Shown: positions 48,394 to 59,105, counted from the first letter of the stretch. The stretch is DNA of 64,000 bases from Phycisphaerae bacterium (GCA_963666835.2 CAXXGO010000003.1:576001-640000), one strand, 5' to 3'. A program made the numbers and translations. Notes: generated by a model not told the origin, from the letters alone.

Positions 48394-49167
48394 GTGCCTG
48401 AAAAGAACCTGGACATCGTGTTCACCGCCCCCCATCCGGATGATCTGGAGATCACCATGGGCGGCACGATCGCAAGGATGGTCAAGCTGGGCTACCGCGT
48501 CGGGATGATCCACATGACCAACGGCGAGCCGACGCCGCGCGGTACCCCTGAGACCCGAATCAAGGAGACGCACGCCGCCGCCGAGGTCCTGGGCGTCCAC
48601 GTCTGTGAGGTGCTCGACCTCCCGAATCGCGAGCTGATGGACACGCCGGCGGCTCGCTACGCCCTGGCAACCGCGCTTCGGCGGCACCGCCCAAAGATTC
48701 TGGTGGGCATGGCCGGGCGTACCCCTTCGGCTTCGCCGGACCACTACCAGGCTCAGTTGCTGACCGAGGCCGCGCGCTTCTACGCCCAGCTCACCAAGTG
48801 GAACGACCGCTTCGCGGGAACGGAGCCGCTCCGCATCGAGCACTTGGTCTACCGGCCGGTGCGCTTGAGCGCCGAGATAACTCACTGGCAAACCCAGTTC
48901 GTGGTCGACATCAGCGAGACTATCGAGCAGAAGATCGAAGCGGTTCGTTGCTATCGATCCCAGTTTGATGAAGAGCGCCTTGCCGGCGTCGAGCACCACA
49001 TTCGCTGCGGAGCCGGGGCAGAAGGCACGATCGCCGGGTTTCGGTTTGGAGAACTCTTCGCGCTTCCGCGGCCGCTCGGGGTGTCGGACATGGTCCGGGC
49101 GCTGGGGGATTGGCAAGTACCTCCGCCGTTTGCAGGAGCGTCACCGAAGGCGAAGGACTCCGAGTGA
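48394..49167 (+). CDS. PIG-L family deacetylase (BshB1-like)
   Basis: PHPDDLE, TNGE..RGT.ETR..E, PDH, CYRSQF. Confidence 0.85.
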   Translation: MPEKNLDIVFTAPHPDDLEITMGGTIARMVKLGYRVGMIHMTNGEPTPRGTPETRIKETHAAAEVLGVHVCEVLDLPNRELMDTPAARYALATALRRHRPKILVGMAGRTPSASPDHYQAQLLTEAARFYAQLTKWNDRFAGTEPLRIEHLVYRPVRLSAEITHWQTQFVVDISETIEQKIEAVRCYRSQFDEERLAGVEHHIRCGAGAEGTIAGFRFGELFALPRPLGVSDMVRALGDWQVPPPFAGASPKAKDSE

Positions 49168-49257
49168 TGGAAGCCAATCAAACTGGGCGGAGCCGGCGCC
49201 GACATCCGATAAAGGACTGAGGCGCCTGCAAAACCAGCGAACGAGAAAGGAAGTTCT

Positions 49258-49899
49258 GTGGATCTCTTCATTGATAACACCCCGGCGGACAGCGATTTCG
49301 CAATGGAAGGCAGTATCGAAAGCGCCCTTAAGCACCTCCAGGACAACCTGCGTCCTAGCGGCCGTATGGTCGTCGGCCTCCGTTGCGACGGAACCGAAGT
49401 GCCCTCGGGAGAGATGGCGGCGACCCTCCAGAAGCCCGCGGCGTCCTTCGATCGGCTGGACGTGTCCACGAGCACGCGTGGTGAGTTGGTGGCCGAGGCG
49501 ATGAGTCAGGCCTCCACCGCCCTTCTGCAGACCGAGACCGAGATTCAACGGATCGCGGACCTGTTGACGGAAGGCAAAAACGGCGAGGGGATGCCCGCCC
49601 TGGGAAAGTGCATGTCGGTCTGGCAGCAGATGAACGATGCGGTGAACAAGTCGATCCAGATTCTGGAGCTTGACGCGCAGAAGATGTTGATCGGCGATGA
49701 GGCGATGGCCGACATTCTCGCGAAGCCGATGGAGGTGCTCCTCCAAGTGAAGCAGGCTCTGGAATCGAAGGACTACGTTCTGTTGGCCGACACTCTCCAG
49801 TATGAGTTCGGCGATGTGACCCAGCAGTGGCACTCAGTTATCGCGGAAATCCGCCGCGAGGCCGAACGACTCCTCGCCGGAACGGCCGATCCTACTTGA
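49258..49899 (+). CDS. Hypothetical helical protein
   Basis: 213-aa ORF with AAGGAAG RBS; DYVLLADTLQYE motif. Confidence 0.6.
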   Translation: MDLFIDNTPADSDFAMEGSIESALKHLQDNLRPSGRMVVGLRCDGTEVPSGEMAATLQKPAASFDRLDVSTSTRGELVAEAMSQASTALLQTETEIQRIADLLTEGKNGEGMPALGKCMSVWQQMNDAVNKSIQILELDAQKMLIGDEAMADILAKPMEVLLQVKQALESKDYVLLADTLQYEFGDVTQQWHSVIAEIRREAERLLAGTADPT

Positions 49900-50248
49900 A
49901 GCGACCGCGGTATTCGGCAGCCGGATACTTAACGGCGTTCTTCTTCATCTTGTCCGCCAGCGCCGAGGAAAGGTCAATCTCCATCCGGCTGGCAAAGGAC
50001 AGCACATACGCGAGAATATCTGCCAACTCCTCGCGAATCTCGGAGATCTTATCCGGATCATCATGAACGGACGGCAGCTCATCCGTGCGGAGCCATTGAA
50101 AATGCTCCATCAGCTCGGCCGCCTCGATCGCAATTGACGCCGAGAGGTTCTTAGCGTCGTGAAACTGCCGCCAATGCCGCTCCGCGATGAACGCATCGAC
50201 AAGTCTAATCAGATCGGCCACCGTCGTCGTCGAGTCATGCACGCTCAA
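49892..50248 (-). CDS. MazG-like nucleotide pyrophosphohydrolase
   Basis: ERHWRQFH..KNL, EAAELMEHFQW, EELAD, N..KYP. Confidence 0.9.
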   Translation of the reverse strand: MSVHDSTTTVADLIRLVDAFIAERHWRQFHDAKNLSASIAIEAAELMEHFQWLRTDELPSVHDDPDKISEIREELADILAYVLSFASRMEIDLSSALADKMKKNAVKYPAAEYRGRFK

Positions 50249-50469
50249 ACTCCCTTACCAGAAACCCACTCGGATGATCTTACCCACTAACGGACCGCGC
50301 AGCACGGCACCGCCGGAACAGGTGGCCGGAGAAGGTATCAGGGTGTTTCCGGGGATGGCTGGAAAATCACCCTGACATTTCACCCCTCCCTGGTGGAACC
50401 GCGTCGACCTGCTATTCTTGGGCAACCGAGCGTGCCTTTGCGGGTATCATCTCGAAAGGACGGTGTAGA

Positions 50470-51717
50470 GTGCGCCCCCAAATAGCGTCATTAGTGTTGT
50501 TCGCCGTTTCCAGCGCCTTGCCTGCGTCGCAGGCCGGCGTCAAGGAACCGTCTGAGACTTCGGGCACTTCGTCGGCAAGACCGGTCATGACCATTACGGA
50601 GACAGAGGACATCCCCGTGGCGTTCCTGGATCGGACCGGACCGTACTGGTCCGCGGGATCCAGTCTCGCAACAGTTCGCCGAACAATGACGGCGCACGGG
50701 CAACCCGGCCCCATGTTCACCAGGTATCTCGAGGGTCCCGACACGGCATTCCGGGGCGAGATCCGCATGGAAGTGGGTTACTTTGCTACGCCCGAGCACC
50801 ACCCATCCGCACCCTTCAAGGCAGGCGTACATCGCGCCCAACTCGTCGCGCAGATGGCTCTCGACGCACCTTTTGCATCCCCGTCCCGGTATCTTCCGTT
50901 GATGCGCCGGTGGATCGAAGAACACGGCTACGTTATAGATGGACCTATAACCGAAATCTACACCGGAGGAAGTTCAACAGAGGCGACCTCGGGCACTGAG
51001 ATCCGAATCAGCGTTCGCAAACGCCCGCCCCCGCCGGCGCCGCCGCCTGAGCAACCCAGGGTCGATGTCGCCCCCGTATCCAGCACTGAAACTAAGACCG
51101 GCAAGCCCGTTAAGACCACCCCGCCCGAAGGGACACCGGGCAGGCGTCGCAAGGCCGCTAGTACCCGCGCTGCGGTCACCCAAAAGAGACCATCCGTCAA
51201 CCCGGTCACGGGCGCCCCCCGCCGCGCCCCTGCCAGGCGCCCAGTCAATCCGCCACCAGCACCGCGGACCGCCGTGAAAGTGGCGGACCTTCTGACACAA
51301 GGGCGTTTCGAGGAGGTTGCCGGTTGGCTCCTTCCCGACCGATTCGAGGGCTCACCCGCCGAGCAGGTTTGGCTGGGGCACGTCGCCTCCCGGGTCATCG
51401 CGGCCGCAAAAGGAATCAGGACGATCCAGCCTGAAACCGCGGCCAACCTCGATGCCCTGGCGGCCGCGGTTGCAGCGCGCTACGAAGTCGTTTCGGCAAC
51501 TTTCGCCGTCGATCCTCTCGATCATGCTACGGTTCGGCTCGATCCTGAGGAAACCACGAATGCTTCCGATAAACAGGCGGTCCTCAAAGACCTGGATACG
51601 CTACTCTGGCGGATCTCACTCAAGGACCTGGATGCGGTTTCCGCCACAGAACGGGTCGGGGACATCATTCAACGTACCGGGGAGTTGGTGTATTGGGACT
51701 CTCCGCCAGGGGACTAG
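50470..51717 (+). CDS. Exported GyrI-like small-molecule-binding domain protein with Pro-rich linker
   Basis: Signal peptide; GPY, WIEEHGY...GP.TEIY...TEI. Confidence 0.65.
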   Translation: MRPQIASLVLFAVSSALPASQAGVKEPSETSGTSSARPVMTITETEDIPVAFLDRTGPYWSAGSSLATVRRTMTAHGQPGPMFTRYLEGPDTAFRGEIRMEVGYFATPEHHPSAPFKAGVHRAQLVAQMALDAPFASPSRYLPLMRRWIEEHGYVIDGPITEIYTGGSSTEATSGTEIRISVRKRPPPPAPPPEQPRVDVAPVSSTETKTGKPVKTTPPEGTPGRRRKAASTRAAVTQKRPSVNPVTGAPRRAPARRPVNPPPAPRTAVKVADLLTQGRFEEVAGWLLPDRFEGSPAEQVWLGHVASRVIAAAKGIRTIQPETAANLDALAAAVAARYEVVSATFAVDPLDHATVRLDPEETTNASDKQAVLKDLDTLLWRISLKDLDAVSATERVGDIIQRTGELVYWDSPPGD

Positions 51718-51945
51718 ATCGCGAGGAATTACGTAAGTTCCGCTTTTGCAAACCTTTACGGGTAAGAGCAGCTGACTTGGCAGTGATGCGACGGCTCGCC
51801 CCCGGATCATCAAGATACCGGATTATGCTTGCCAAAGAGCATTCGCCGGGTACTCTAATGCGGTAAATCACGACGGACGGGGAAGCAGGCGCGCGATTGC
51901 GCGGTGGGCGCGGGTGATGTTCGGCAACTTGATTGACCTTAACTG

Positions 51946-53061
51946 ATGAGTACCAAACCAACAGCGGCACTCGGCGGCGCGGAGATGGCCAATTCGGGCG
52001 AGTTTCTTGAGTTCGAGAAGCCGCTTCTGCGTATCCAACACGACATCCAAGAGCTCGAGCGGGAACAACAGGAGACCGATTGCGATCTGGGTAGTGACAT
52101 CAAACAGCAGCGGTTACGTCTGACGGCTACCACGAAACGTCTCTATACCAACCTGACTCCGTGGGAGACCGTGCTTGTTGCCCGCCATCCGAAACGGCCC
52201 TTGTCGACCGACTATTTGAAGATGATCTTCCGGGATTTCTGCGAGCTTCACGGAGATCGGTCCTTCGGCGACGACAAGGCGATCATCTCCGGGTTTGCGC
52301 GGGTCGGGCGGCATAAGGTGATGTTCATCGGCCACAACAAAGGCAAGGACGTCAAGGAACGGATTGCCTGCAACTTCGGGTGCGCTCATCCGGAAGGATA
52401 TCGCAAGAGCCTGCTGAAGATGCGTCTGGCCGAGAAATACGGACTGCCGATCGTCTGCCTGATCGATACACAGGGTGCCTATCCCGGGATCGGATCGGAA
52501 GAGCGCGGCATAGCCCAGGCTATCGCGGTCAATCTCATGGAGATGTCGCGTCTACGCACGCCGATCGTGTGCGCGGTAATCGGCGAGGGAGGAAGCGGCG
52601 GCGCCCTCGGGCTCGGAGTGGGCGACCGGGTGGCGATGCTGCAGCACGCGTTCTACTCGGTCATCTCTCCAGAGGGTTGCGCGGCGATTCTCTGGAAGAC
52701 CGCGGATCAGCGCAAGCATGCGGCCGAAGCCCTCAAACTGACGGCGCGTGAGCTGCGCAAGTTGGACATTATCGATGAAATCATCGCGGAGCCGGTCGGC
52801 GGAGCGCACCGCAATCCGGAGGACGCCGCTAAGAACCTCGAAACGTACTTGACGACGGCGATATCCGAACTCAAGCGACTTTCCCTTACCAAGCTGCTGC
52901 AGAAACGGCAGGAGCGTATTCGCAGGTTGGGCAGTTTCTACGAAGAGACCGAGCCGGACAGGGCAAAGAAGGCACAGCCGAAGACGAAAGCCCGGCGAAC
53001 GACGGCCCGATCATCGCGGCTGACCAAGACCCCGCCGCGCGCTGACAAACTTACCGCCTGA
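51946..53061 (+). CDS. accA: Acetyl-CoA carboxylase carboxyltransferase alpha subunit
   Basis: LEFEKP, ARHP.RP, ELHGDR, DTQGAYPG, GEGGSGGA, ISPEGCA; alternative start at 51985. Confidence 0.96.
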   Translation: MSTKPTAALGGAEMANSGEFLEFEKPLLRIQHDIQELEREQQETDCDLGSDIKQQRLRLTATTKRLYTNLTPWETVLVARHPKRPLSTDYLKMIFRDFCELHGDRSFGDDKAIISGFARVGRHKVMFIGHNKGKDVKERIACNFGCAHPEGYRKSLLKMRLAEKYGLPIVCLIDTQGAYPGIGSEERGIAQAIAVNLMEMSRLRTPIVCAVIGEGGSGGALGLGVGDRVAMLQHAFYSVISPEGCAAILWKTADQRKHAAEALKLTARELRKLDIIDEIIAEPVGGAHRNPEDAAKNLETYLTTAISELKRLSLTKLLQKRQERIRRLGSFYEETEPDRAKKAQPKTKARRTTARSSRLTKTPPRADKLTA

Positions 53062-53179
53062 ACCGTGAGCGATCGTTTCTTTGGTCGCGGTTCGGTATAC
53101 TGCCCGACGGCAGCGTCTTTGCCGGCCGGCATATGCCCCTACCCCTGGAGAGCTGCGTGACCCCGACCGTTCAACAGTC

Positions 53180-53842
53180 ATGATAGTGTCACTAGCTACG
53201 TCGCGGGAAGGACGAGAGATCGTAGCGTATGTCCGCCGCGGTCCAGCCGGAAACACCACCTTGATTCTCGGCGGAGTCCACGGCGATGAGCCCAAGGGCG
53301 TGCGGATTGCGCTGCAGTTGATCGAGCTGCTTGGTGGGGATCGAAAGCAGGCTCGCGGCACACGTTGGGTCGTCATCCCAATCGTAAACCCCGACGGTTA
53401 TAACCGCCGCAAAAGGCGCAACGCCCGCCGCGTGGATCTTAACCGCAATTTCCCAACCGCAAACTGGGAACGTACTTCACCGCGCAGTCGGATGTACGGG
53501 GGGGACGCCCCGGCCAGCGAGCCCGAAACGCAAGCGATAATCACCACAATCAAGCGGTATCGCCCTGCCCGCGTCATCACCATCCACTCGATTGGCGAAC
53601 GGCGCTATTGCAACAACTTCGACGGGCCGGCCCTCGACTTGGCACTGCGGATGCAGCGGTACAATGACTATCCAGTGGTCCCGTCGATCGGGTATCCGAC
53701 TCCGGGAAGCCTGGGCACCTGGGCCGGACGCGAACGGCAGATTCCCACCGTCACGCTCGAGCTGCCATCCCACCACTCCCCGAGACGATGCTGGGAAGAC
53801 AACCGCGCCGCCTTACTTGCGACCGGTTCGCCCGAAGCGTGA
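53180..53842 (+). CDS. M14 zinc carboxypeptidase, murein peptide amidase A (MpaA)-like
   Basis: HGDE, NPDG, R.NA..VDLNRNF, IHS, GYPTPGSLG, TLELP. Confidence 0.8.
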   Translation: MIVSLATSREGREIVAYVRRGPAGNTTLILGGVHGDEPKGVRIALQLIELLGGDRKQARGTRWVVIPIVNPDGYNRRKRRNARRVDLNRNFPTANWERTSPRSRMYGGDAPASEPETQAIITTIKRYRPARVITIHSIGERRYCNNFDGPALDLALRMQRYNDYPVVPSIGYPTPGSLGTWAGRERQIPTVTLELPSHHSPRRCWEDNRAALLATGSPEA

Positions 53843-53881
53843 CGTCTCGGCCATCGTGCCACCAACGAGACCCTCACAGAC

Positions 53882-55720
53882 TCAATCCGCCGGCACGGCT
53901 TCGGCCAGCTCCGTCCGCATTCGCTGCCAACGAACTAACACCAAGAATACAATCCCTACAGTCATCAGCAGCACGAGAAGCTCGGCGATTACCAGCGGGG
54001 CCTTTTCCGCAACGCTGGGCAGATCCTGGACAACTAGCCGGATCAACGCCCAAGTCGCCGTAACCAGCATCAGCAGCGCCGGAATCAGGGTGTATCCTAC
54101 CGGACGACGGTAGCGATACAGCCAACAACTGCCAATCAGCAAGGCCAACGCCGCCAGCAACTGATTCGACGAACCGAACACCTTCCAAAGCACTTTGTAT
54201 CCACTGCCCCAGCCGAAGGCGAGCATCAACGCGACGGCAATCCCGGAGTTGACCCAGTAGTGCTTAAGAACCCCCAACAGGACGCGGCCCACTCCGCTCG
54301 TGCGAATCGCCGAACTCGGCTCGCCCGCCGGCCCAGCATCACCGGAAACGAAAACGTCGTAGCGACCGAAGAACGTGGCCCAGCCCTCCTCGATCATGTA
54401 GCGCGTCAGCCGGATCGCCGTATCAAGCGTCGTTACCAGGAAACCCTCCAACAACAACATTGCTCCGAGAGCCCCGGCCGCGATCGGCAACCCGAGACCG
54501 ATATTCGCCGTGTGCCCGACCGCCATCGCAAACGTCAGAACCGCATTCGCTTTAGCGCCCTGTGGGTGGCAGTACTGCACATAGTCGATGGACGTCAGCC
54601 CCACAACCAGGCAAATCACTACACACACGGCCAGGAAACTCTCCAATACCATTCCGTAATAGCCGACGCGTCGCGTGGCCGGCTCGTTGTCGAGCTGCTT
54701 GGCGGTGGTCCCCCCTGCGCACAATCCGTGGAAACCGCTAACCGCCCCGCAGGCGATGATCACGAACATCACCGGCCAGCCCGGTCCCAGCTTCGCGGAG
54801 GCTTCACCCCAGTTATTGAACGGAATGCCCTCGCCCGACCCCACATGACCACCGCCGCGCAGGGCCGCCGCCACGATGGCGACCACGAGAAACACGATGC
54901 CGAGGTATAGCACGTGAACGTTGATAAAATCCCGGCTCTGCAAAAAGAGCCACACGGGCAAGCCGGCGGAAACCAGCACGTACCCGCTTATCATCAGCTT
55001 CCACGTGCTCGGCTCGACCGCCATGGGTACCTTCAGCCCAACGGCGATCGACACCACGCAAATGGCAATCGCCAGCAGCGAACAAATCCAAACCGGTGTC
55101 TTGCGTTTCAGATACATGAACCCGATCAGCGGCGAACAAGCGGTAATCACCACGACCGACGTGGAGGCGATACCACCGATCACGGCCTTACCGTCCACGA
55201 TCCGAAAGAGCGTCTGCTCAGGGTCCATCTGGAGCACGTCCAGCGAGACCATTGACGTTAGAGCCTTCGCCGACAGATCCAGAAACGCCGCGCACACGAG
55301 CGTCAGCAGAAGCACGAGTAGAACCAACAACATCACAAATGCCCCCGGCCCGATGTAGCGCCGGGCGATCACCGTCAGGTTCTTGCCACCTTCGCGCACG
55401 GAGATGTACGTACACACATAGTCATGCACCGCCCCCAGGAAGATTCCGCCGAGGATGATCCAAACCAGCGCCGGGCCCCAACCGTAGAGCAACGCAATCA
55501 CCGGACCGACAATCGGACCCGCCCCGGCAATCGACGCGTAATGATGGGCGAAGACCACCGGAGTCCGAGTCGGAACGTAATCGCGACCATCGTTAACCGC
55601 CACGGCCGGGGTGACCCGATCCGCCCGCTCACCGAGTACGCGGGCGATATGCGGAGCGTAGAACCGAATGCCCAACCCCAACGCGACGGCCGCAGTAGCC
55701 AGAATCGCCAGTACGATCAT
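53882..55720 (-). CDS. cstA: Carbon starvation protein A family transporter
   Basis: DGRDYVPT, HHYASIAGAGPIVGP, IACGAVSGFH, TTLDTAIRL, FGSSNQLLA. Confidence 0.92.
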   Translation of the reverse strand: MIVLAILATAAVALGLGIRFYAPHIARVLGERADRVTPAVAVNDGRDYVPTRTPVVFAHHYASIAGAGPIVGPVIALLYGWGPALVWIILGGIFLGAVHDYVCTYISVREGGKNLTVIARRYIGPGAFVMLLVLLVLLLTLVCAAFLDLSAKALTSMVSLDVLQMDPEQTLFRIVDGKAVIGGIASTSVVVITACSPLIGFMYLKRKTPVWICSLLAIAICVVSIAVGLKVPMAVEPSTWKLMISGYVLVSAGLPVWLFLQSRDFINVHVLYLGIVFLVVAIVAAALRGGGHVGSGEGIPFNNWGEASAKLGPGWPVMFVIIACGAVSGFHGLCAGGTTAKQLDNEPATRRVGYYGMVLESFLAVCVVICLVVGLTSIDYVQYCHPQGAKANAVLTFAMAVGHTANIGLGLPIAAGALGAMLLLEGFLVTTLDTAIRLTRYMIEEGWATFFGRYDVFVSGDAGPAGEPSSAIRTSGVGRVLLGVLKHYWVNSGIAVALMLAFGWGSGYKVLWKVFGSSNQLLAALALLIGSCWLYRYRRPVGYTLIPALLMLVTATWALIRLVVQDLPSVAEKAPLVIAELLVLLMTVGIVFLVLVRWQRMRTELAEAVPAD

Positions 55721-55893
55721 GCCAGTCCTCCTAACAAGCTATGAAATCGACCCAAGTGCGACGATTGGCCGCCACAGTCCTTCAACGGTGCGTCCGCAGT
55801 CCGCCGCAACAGGGCACCGGCCCCTCGCTGTCGGTTTCCCTTTATACCGCGCTAGCGATTGGCGCAGAGCCAGTCTCCTTCCTCGCCGAAACC

Positions 55894-56766
55894 CTAGAGC
55901 CCGCGGTGCCACTCTGCTCTAATCGGGGCGTCACCGGCGAGAGTCGCGTCGATCTGCTCCAGAATCGCCTCGCGATCGCGCGGAAGGCGCCCTCCGATCG
56001 GGAGGTAGTTCGACGCGTGGTTGGACCGGAAGATCGCCTGGCTGGGGTTCGACTCCGCCACAATCACCCGCAGCTCTCGCAGAAGAGCATCAACACCGGG
56101 CAACTCGAACCCGGCCCTCTTCGTCAGCCGCTCCATCGGCGTACCCGGAACGATCATCAATGTCAAAGCGGACAGGTACTCAGGGTCCATCGCAGTAGCC
56201 AAACGGGCGGACGCGGCAGCGTGCTCAACAGTGCGTTCAGCGCCACCGGCGCCAAGCAGGAAGATCAGCGACTGTTTCATCCCAGCGGCACGAGCCTTGG
56301 CGGCCGCCTCTATATGCTCGGCCGAATTCGCCCCTTTGGCAATACGCTTCAACGTCACGTCGTCGCCGGATTCCGGACCGATATAGAGCAGCTTGAGCCC
56401 CGCGGCATGCAACCGCTCCAGCTCTGTCTGAGGTTTTTCGAGGAGGTTCCGGGCGGTCGCGTAGCAGCTTACGCGTCGTAGCTTCGGAAAGGTGCCGGAA
56501 AGGGATTCGAGAATCGGCTCCCACAAGTCCAGGCCCATCACCAACGCATCGCCGTCCAGAACAAACACCTTGCGAACCTCATCGCCGAAGGCCCAGCCGG
56601 CATTGGCAATGTCCTCCAGAATCTCGGAGAGCGGACGGACCCGGAACTGCTTATCACGGTACATCGCACAGTACGTGCAGCAGTTCCACGAGCAACCGAC
56701 GGTGGCCTGAAGAAGGAACGAACCGGCTTCACTGGGCGGACGATAGACAGGTTCTACGTAACGCAT
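55894..56766 (-). CDS. Radical SAM protein
   Basis: YRPPSEA, GCSWNCCTYC cluster motif, GPESG, FRSNHASNY. Confidence 0.88.
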   Translation of the reverse strand: MRYVEPVYRPPSEAGSFLLQATVGCSWNCCTYCAMYRDKQFRVRPLSEILEDIANAGWAFGDEVRKVFVLDGDALVMGLDLWEPILESLSGTFPKLRRVSCYATARNLLEKPQTELERLHAAGLKLLYIGPESGDDVTLKRIAKGANSAEHIEAAAKARAAGMKQSLIFLLGAGGAERTVEHAAASARLATAMDPEYLSALTLMIVPGTPMERLTKRAGFELPGVDALLRELRVIVAESNPSQAIFRSNHASNYLPIGGRLPRDREAILEQIDATLAGDAPIRAEWHRGL

Positions 56767-56907
56767 ATCGTCACCGTCTATCCAACGGCTTATCCCTTAG
56801 AGAGCCGCCGCTTGGCTAGACTGTCTGACGAACTCCGCGACACCGACGCCCGTCTCGGACTATCATGCCTCTATCTGGTGCCGCTTCCACGAAGATCGTT
56901 CGGGGTT

Positions 56908-56993
56908 CTCCCCCCCCTTACCAAGGGGGGATAAAGGGGGGGCGTTGCGGCCCCCAAGAACCTCCCCCGCCCCCTCCTTGGCAAGGAGGGGAG
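56908..56993. repeat. Inverted pair of CCCC..TT(A/G)CCAAGG..GG hairpins (REP-like)
   Basis: CCCCCCTTACCAAGGGGGG and CCCCTCCTTGGCAAGGAGGGG in opposite orientation. Confidence 0.65.
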
Positions 56994-57029
56994 GAAGAAG
57001 GGCGACCACCTTCCTGGAAACGGCACCCG

Positions 57030-57425
57030 TCACTCCGCCTGGTGGCGGGCAAGGATGCGTGAGACCAACGCGGCAGCGTCAGGCTCGTCCGCCAGCAGCG
57101 ACAGAGCCTCGCTGTATTGCTCGGCCAGAGCCTTCCGATCGGCTTTCATCCGGGGTAGCACGTCCGTAAGATCCTGATAGTGCAGGTCCGTCGAGAGGAT
57201 ATTCACCACCGGGCGTGGGTCCGGCGCGCCACCGAGTTCAACGAGCAACCCGGTGAGCCACTCCACGTGTTCTCGGCTCTCCGCCGCGATACGTTCTAGT
57301 GCCGACAACTCGGCACTGGCCGCGGGAGGCACAAAAAGCCGCGATCCCAGAAAACGCCCCGCGGACAGACGCTGCTCACAACTCAGCAGCCGATTCAATA
57401 CCTCGACGACGGTAGGTTTGCCCAT
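57030..57425 (-). CDS. Small ferritin-like four-helix protein, coupled to nuoN
   Basis: LNRLL..E, ESREHVEWL..L..ELGG.P; ATG shares base 57425 with the nuoN TGA. Confidence 0.65.
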   Translation of the reverse strand: MGKPTVVEVLNRLLSCEQRLSAGRFLGSRLFVPPAASAELSALERIAAESREHVEWLTGLLVELGGAPDPRPVVNILSTDLHYQDLTDVLPRMKADRKALAEQYSEALSLLADEPDAAALVSRILARHQAE

Positions 57426-59053
57426 CAGTGTACCTCTTCCACCGGGGTTGCCGGAGGCGCCTCAAACGTCACCTGGGCAACCGGCAAACGGAGCAAGTGC
57501 TGTGAGAACCGGTCGGTCATGTCCTTCAAGGGCGCGGCCCAGAACAATAACACCAGCAGCGCCACCGCACACACGTTGACCAGTACTAGTCCCCCAACCG
57601 GCGCTCGCAGCACCGGCTCGCGCTCGTCACGCAAGGTCATCTGCACGACGACCCGCATGTAGAAGTACAGGCTAATCAGCGTGTTCACGGCCAGGACCAC
57701 AATCAGGAACCAACCCAGAGTGCTGTCCAGCGACCCCAGCGCAACCAGAATCCACCACTTCCCGATGAACCCGGCAAAGGGCGGCAGCCCCACCAGCGAC
57801 ACCAGGCAGATGATCATCGGAATAGCCAGCCCCGGAGCCCGGCGCATCAAACCGCTAAAGGACGCCAGCTTGTCACTCCCGGTTTCCCACTCGACCAACG
57901 CGGTGATGCCGAACGCCCCGAGATTCATGAACATGTAGATGACGACGTAGGCCAGCAAAGCCGTAACCCCAAGATGGGTTCCCGGCACGTCCGGATGCAC
58001 GAACACGGCCACCGCCATCAGCATGTACCCGGCGTGGGCGATTGACGAGAACGCCAGCAGTCGCTTCACGCTCGTCTGCCGGTACGCCGAGAAGTTGCCG
58101 ACCGTACACGTGACCGTGGCGATAATCCCAATCGTCCAAGCCAACGGAGACAGCACGCTCATCGCCTGCGGGCCCGTGACCGCCGAGCAGAACACCAGCG
58201 CCAAGCGGGTGAGCAGCACCAGACCCGCCGCCTTACTGACCACGCTCAGCCAGGTCGTCACTTCCGTTCTGGCACCCTCGAAAGCATCCGGACACCAGAA
58301 GTGGAACGGCACGGCCGATATTTTGAACGCGATCCCGATGAAAAAGCAGATCAACCCGAGAACCAACACCAGACTCGGCCCGCCGGCGGAAAGCTGCCCC
58401 ACCGTGTAAGCCGCAATCGTCGACACATTCAGGCTTCCGACCACCCCGTACAGCAGACTCATTCCGTAGAGCATGGTCGCCGCGCACATCGCCCCGAAAA
58501 CCACATACTTAAGCGAAGCTTCGGCCCCCACTTTCGAGCGCTTATCAAACCCGACAATCGCATAGCAGGGCAGCGACGCCGTCTCCATCGCCACCACGAT
58601 CATCAGCAGATTGCTCGTGCTGACCATAAGGGCCATACCCAAGGCACTGCCGATCAACAGAATGAAAAACTCGGGAGCGTTGCGCTCATTCTCCGCTCGA
58701 CCGATCCACCACAGCCAAGTCACCCCGGCCAAAAACGCGACGAGAATGAGCTGAAAACAAACCGAAAGGTTGTCCACTAACAGAAGACCCGCTCCCGGAT
58801 CGGTAGACAAACCACTTAACCCTCCGTCAGCCACCGCCCCGGCTGTGCGAAGGACCAATATCAGCGTTGCGATAATGCCCAGACAGGCCACCGCCCCGGT
58901 CACCCGAGCCCCGCGCCCGAAGATCATCGGGCACACCACGATAGCCAGCATCGTACACACCAGCGCCAGCATCGGAGAGAACAAGGATAACTGCTCGCCG
59001 ATCTGAATCTCGGCCCACGGACTTACTTGTGCCAGAAAATTCACGTTGCTCAC
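57425..59053 (-). CDS. nuoN: NADH-quinone oxidoreductase subunit N
   Basis: EASLKY, FKISAVPFHFWCPD, KRLLAFSSIAHAGY, GLPPFAGFIGK. Confidence 0.95.
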   Translation of the reverse strand: MSNVNFLAQVSPWAEIQIGEQLSLFSPMLALVCTMLAIVVCPMIFGRGARVTGAVACLGIIATLILVLRTAGAVADGGLSGLSTDPGAGLLLVDNLSVCFQLILVAFLAGVTWLWWIGRAENERNAPEFFILLIGSALGMALMVSTSNLLMIVVAMETASLPCYAIVGFDKRSKVGAEASLKYVVFGAMCAATMLYGMSLLYGVVGSLNVSTIAAYTVGQLSAGGPSLVLVLGLICFFIGIAFKISAVPFHFWCPDAFEGARTEVTTWLSVVSKAAGLVLLTRLALVFCSAVTGPQAMSVLSPLAWTIGIIATVTCTVGNFSAYRQTSVKRLLAFSSIAHAGYMLMAVAVFVHPDVPGTHLGVTALLAYVVIYMFMNLGAFGITALVEWETGSDKLASFSGLMRRAPGLAIPMIICLVSLVGLPPFAGFIGKWWILVALGSLDSTLGWFLIVVLAVNTLISLYFYMRVVVQMTLRDEREPVLRAPVGGLVLVNVCAVALLVLLFWAAPLKDMTDRFSQHLLRLPVAQVTFEAPPATPVEEVH

Positions 59054-59105
59054 GCCCTATCTCAGGGTTACGCCCCCCGCACTCGCGGTGGGGAGAGTTC
59101 TCGCC

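Noticed and set aside
49892..50248. MazG-like gene as part of an anti-phage island
   Set aside because: Neighbours are ordinary metabolic genes; no defence or mobility genes nearby
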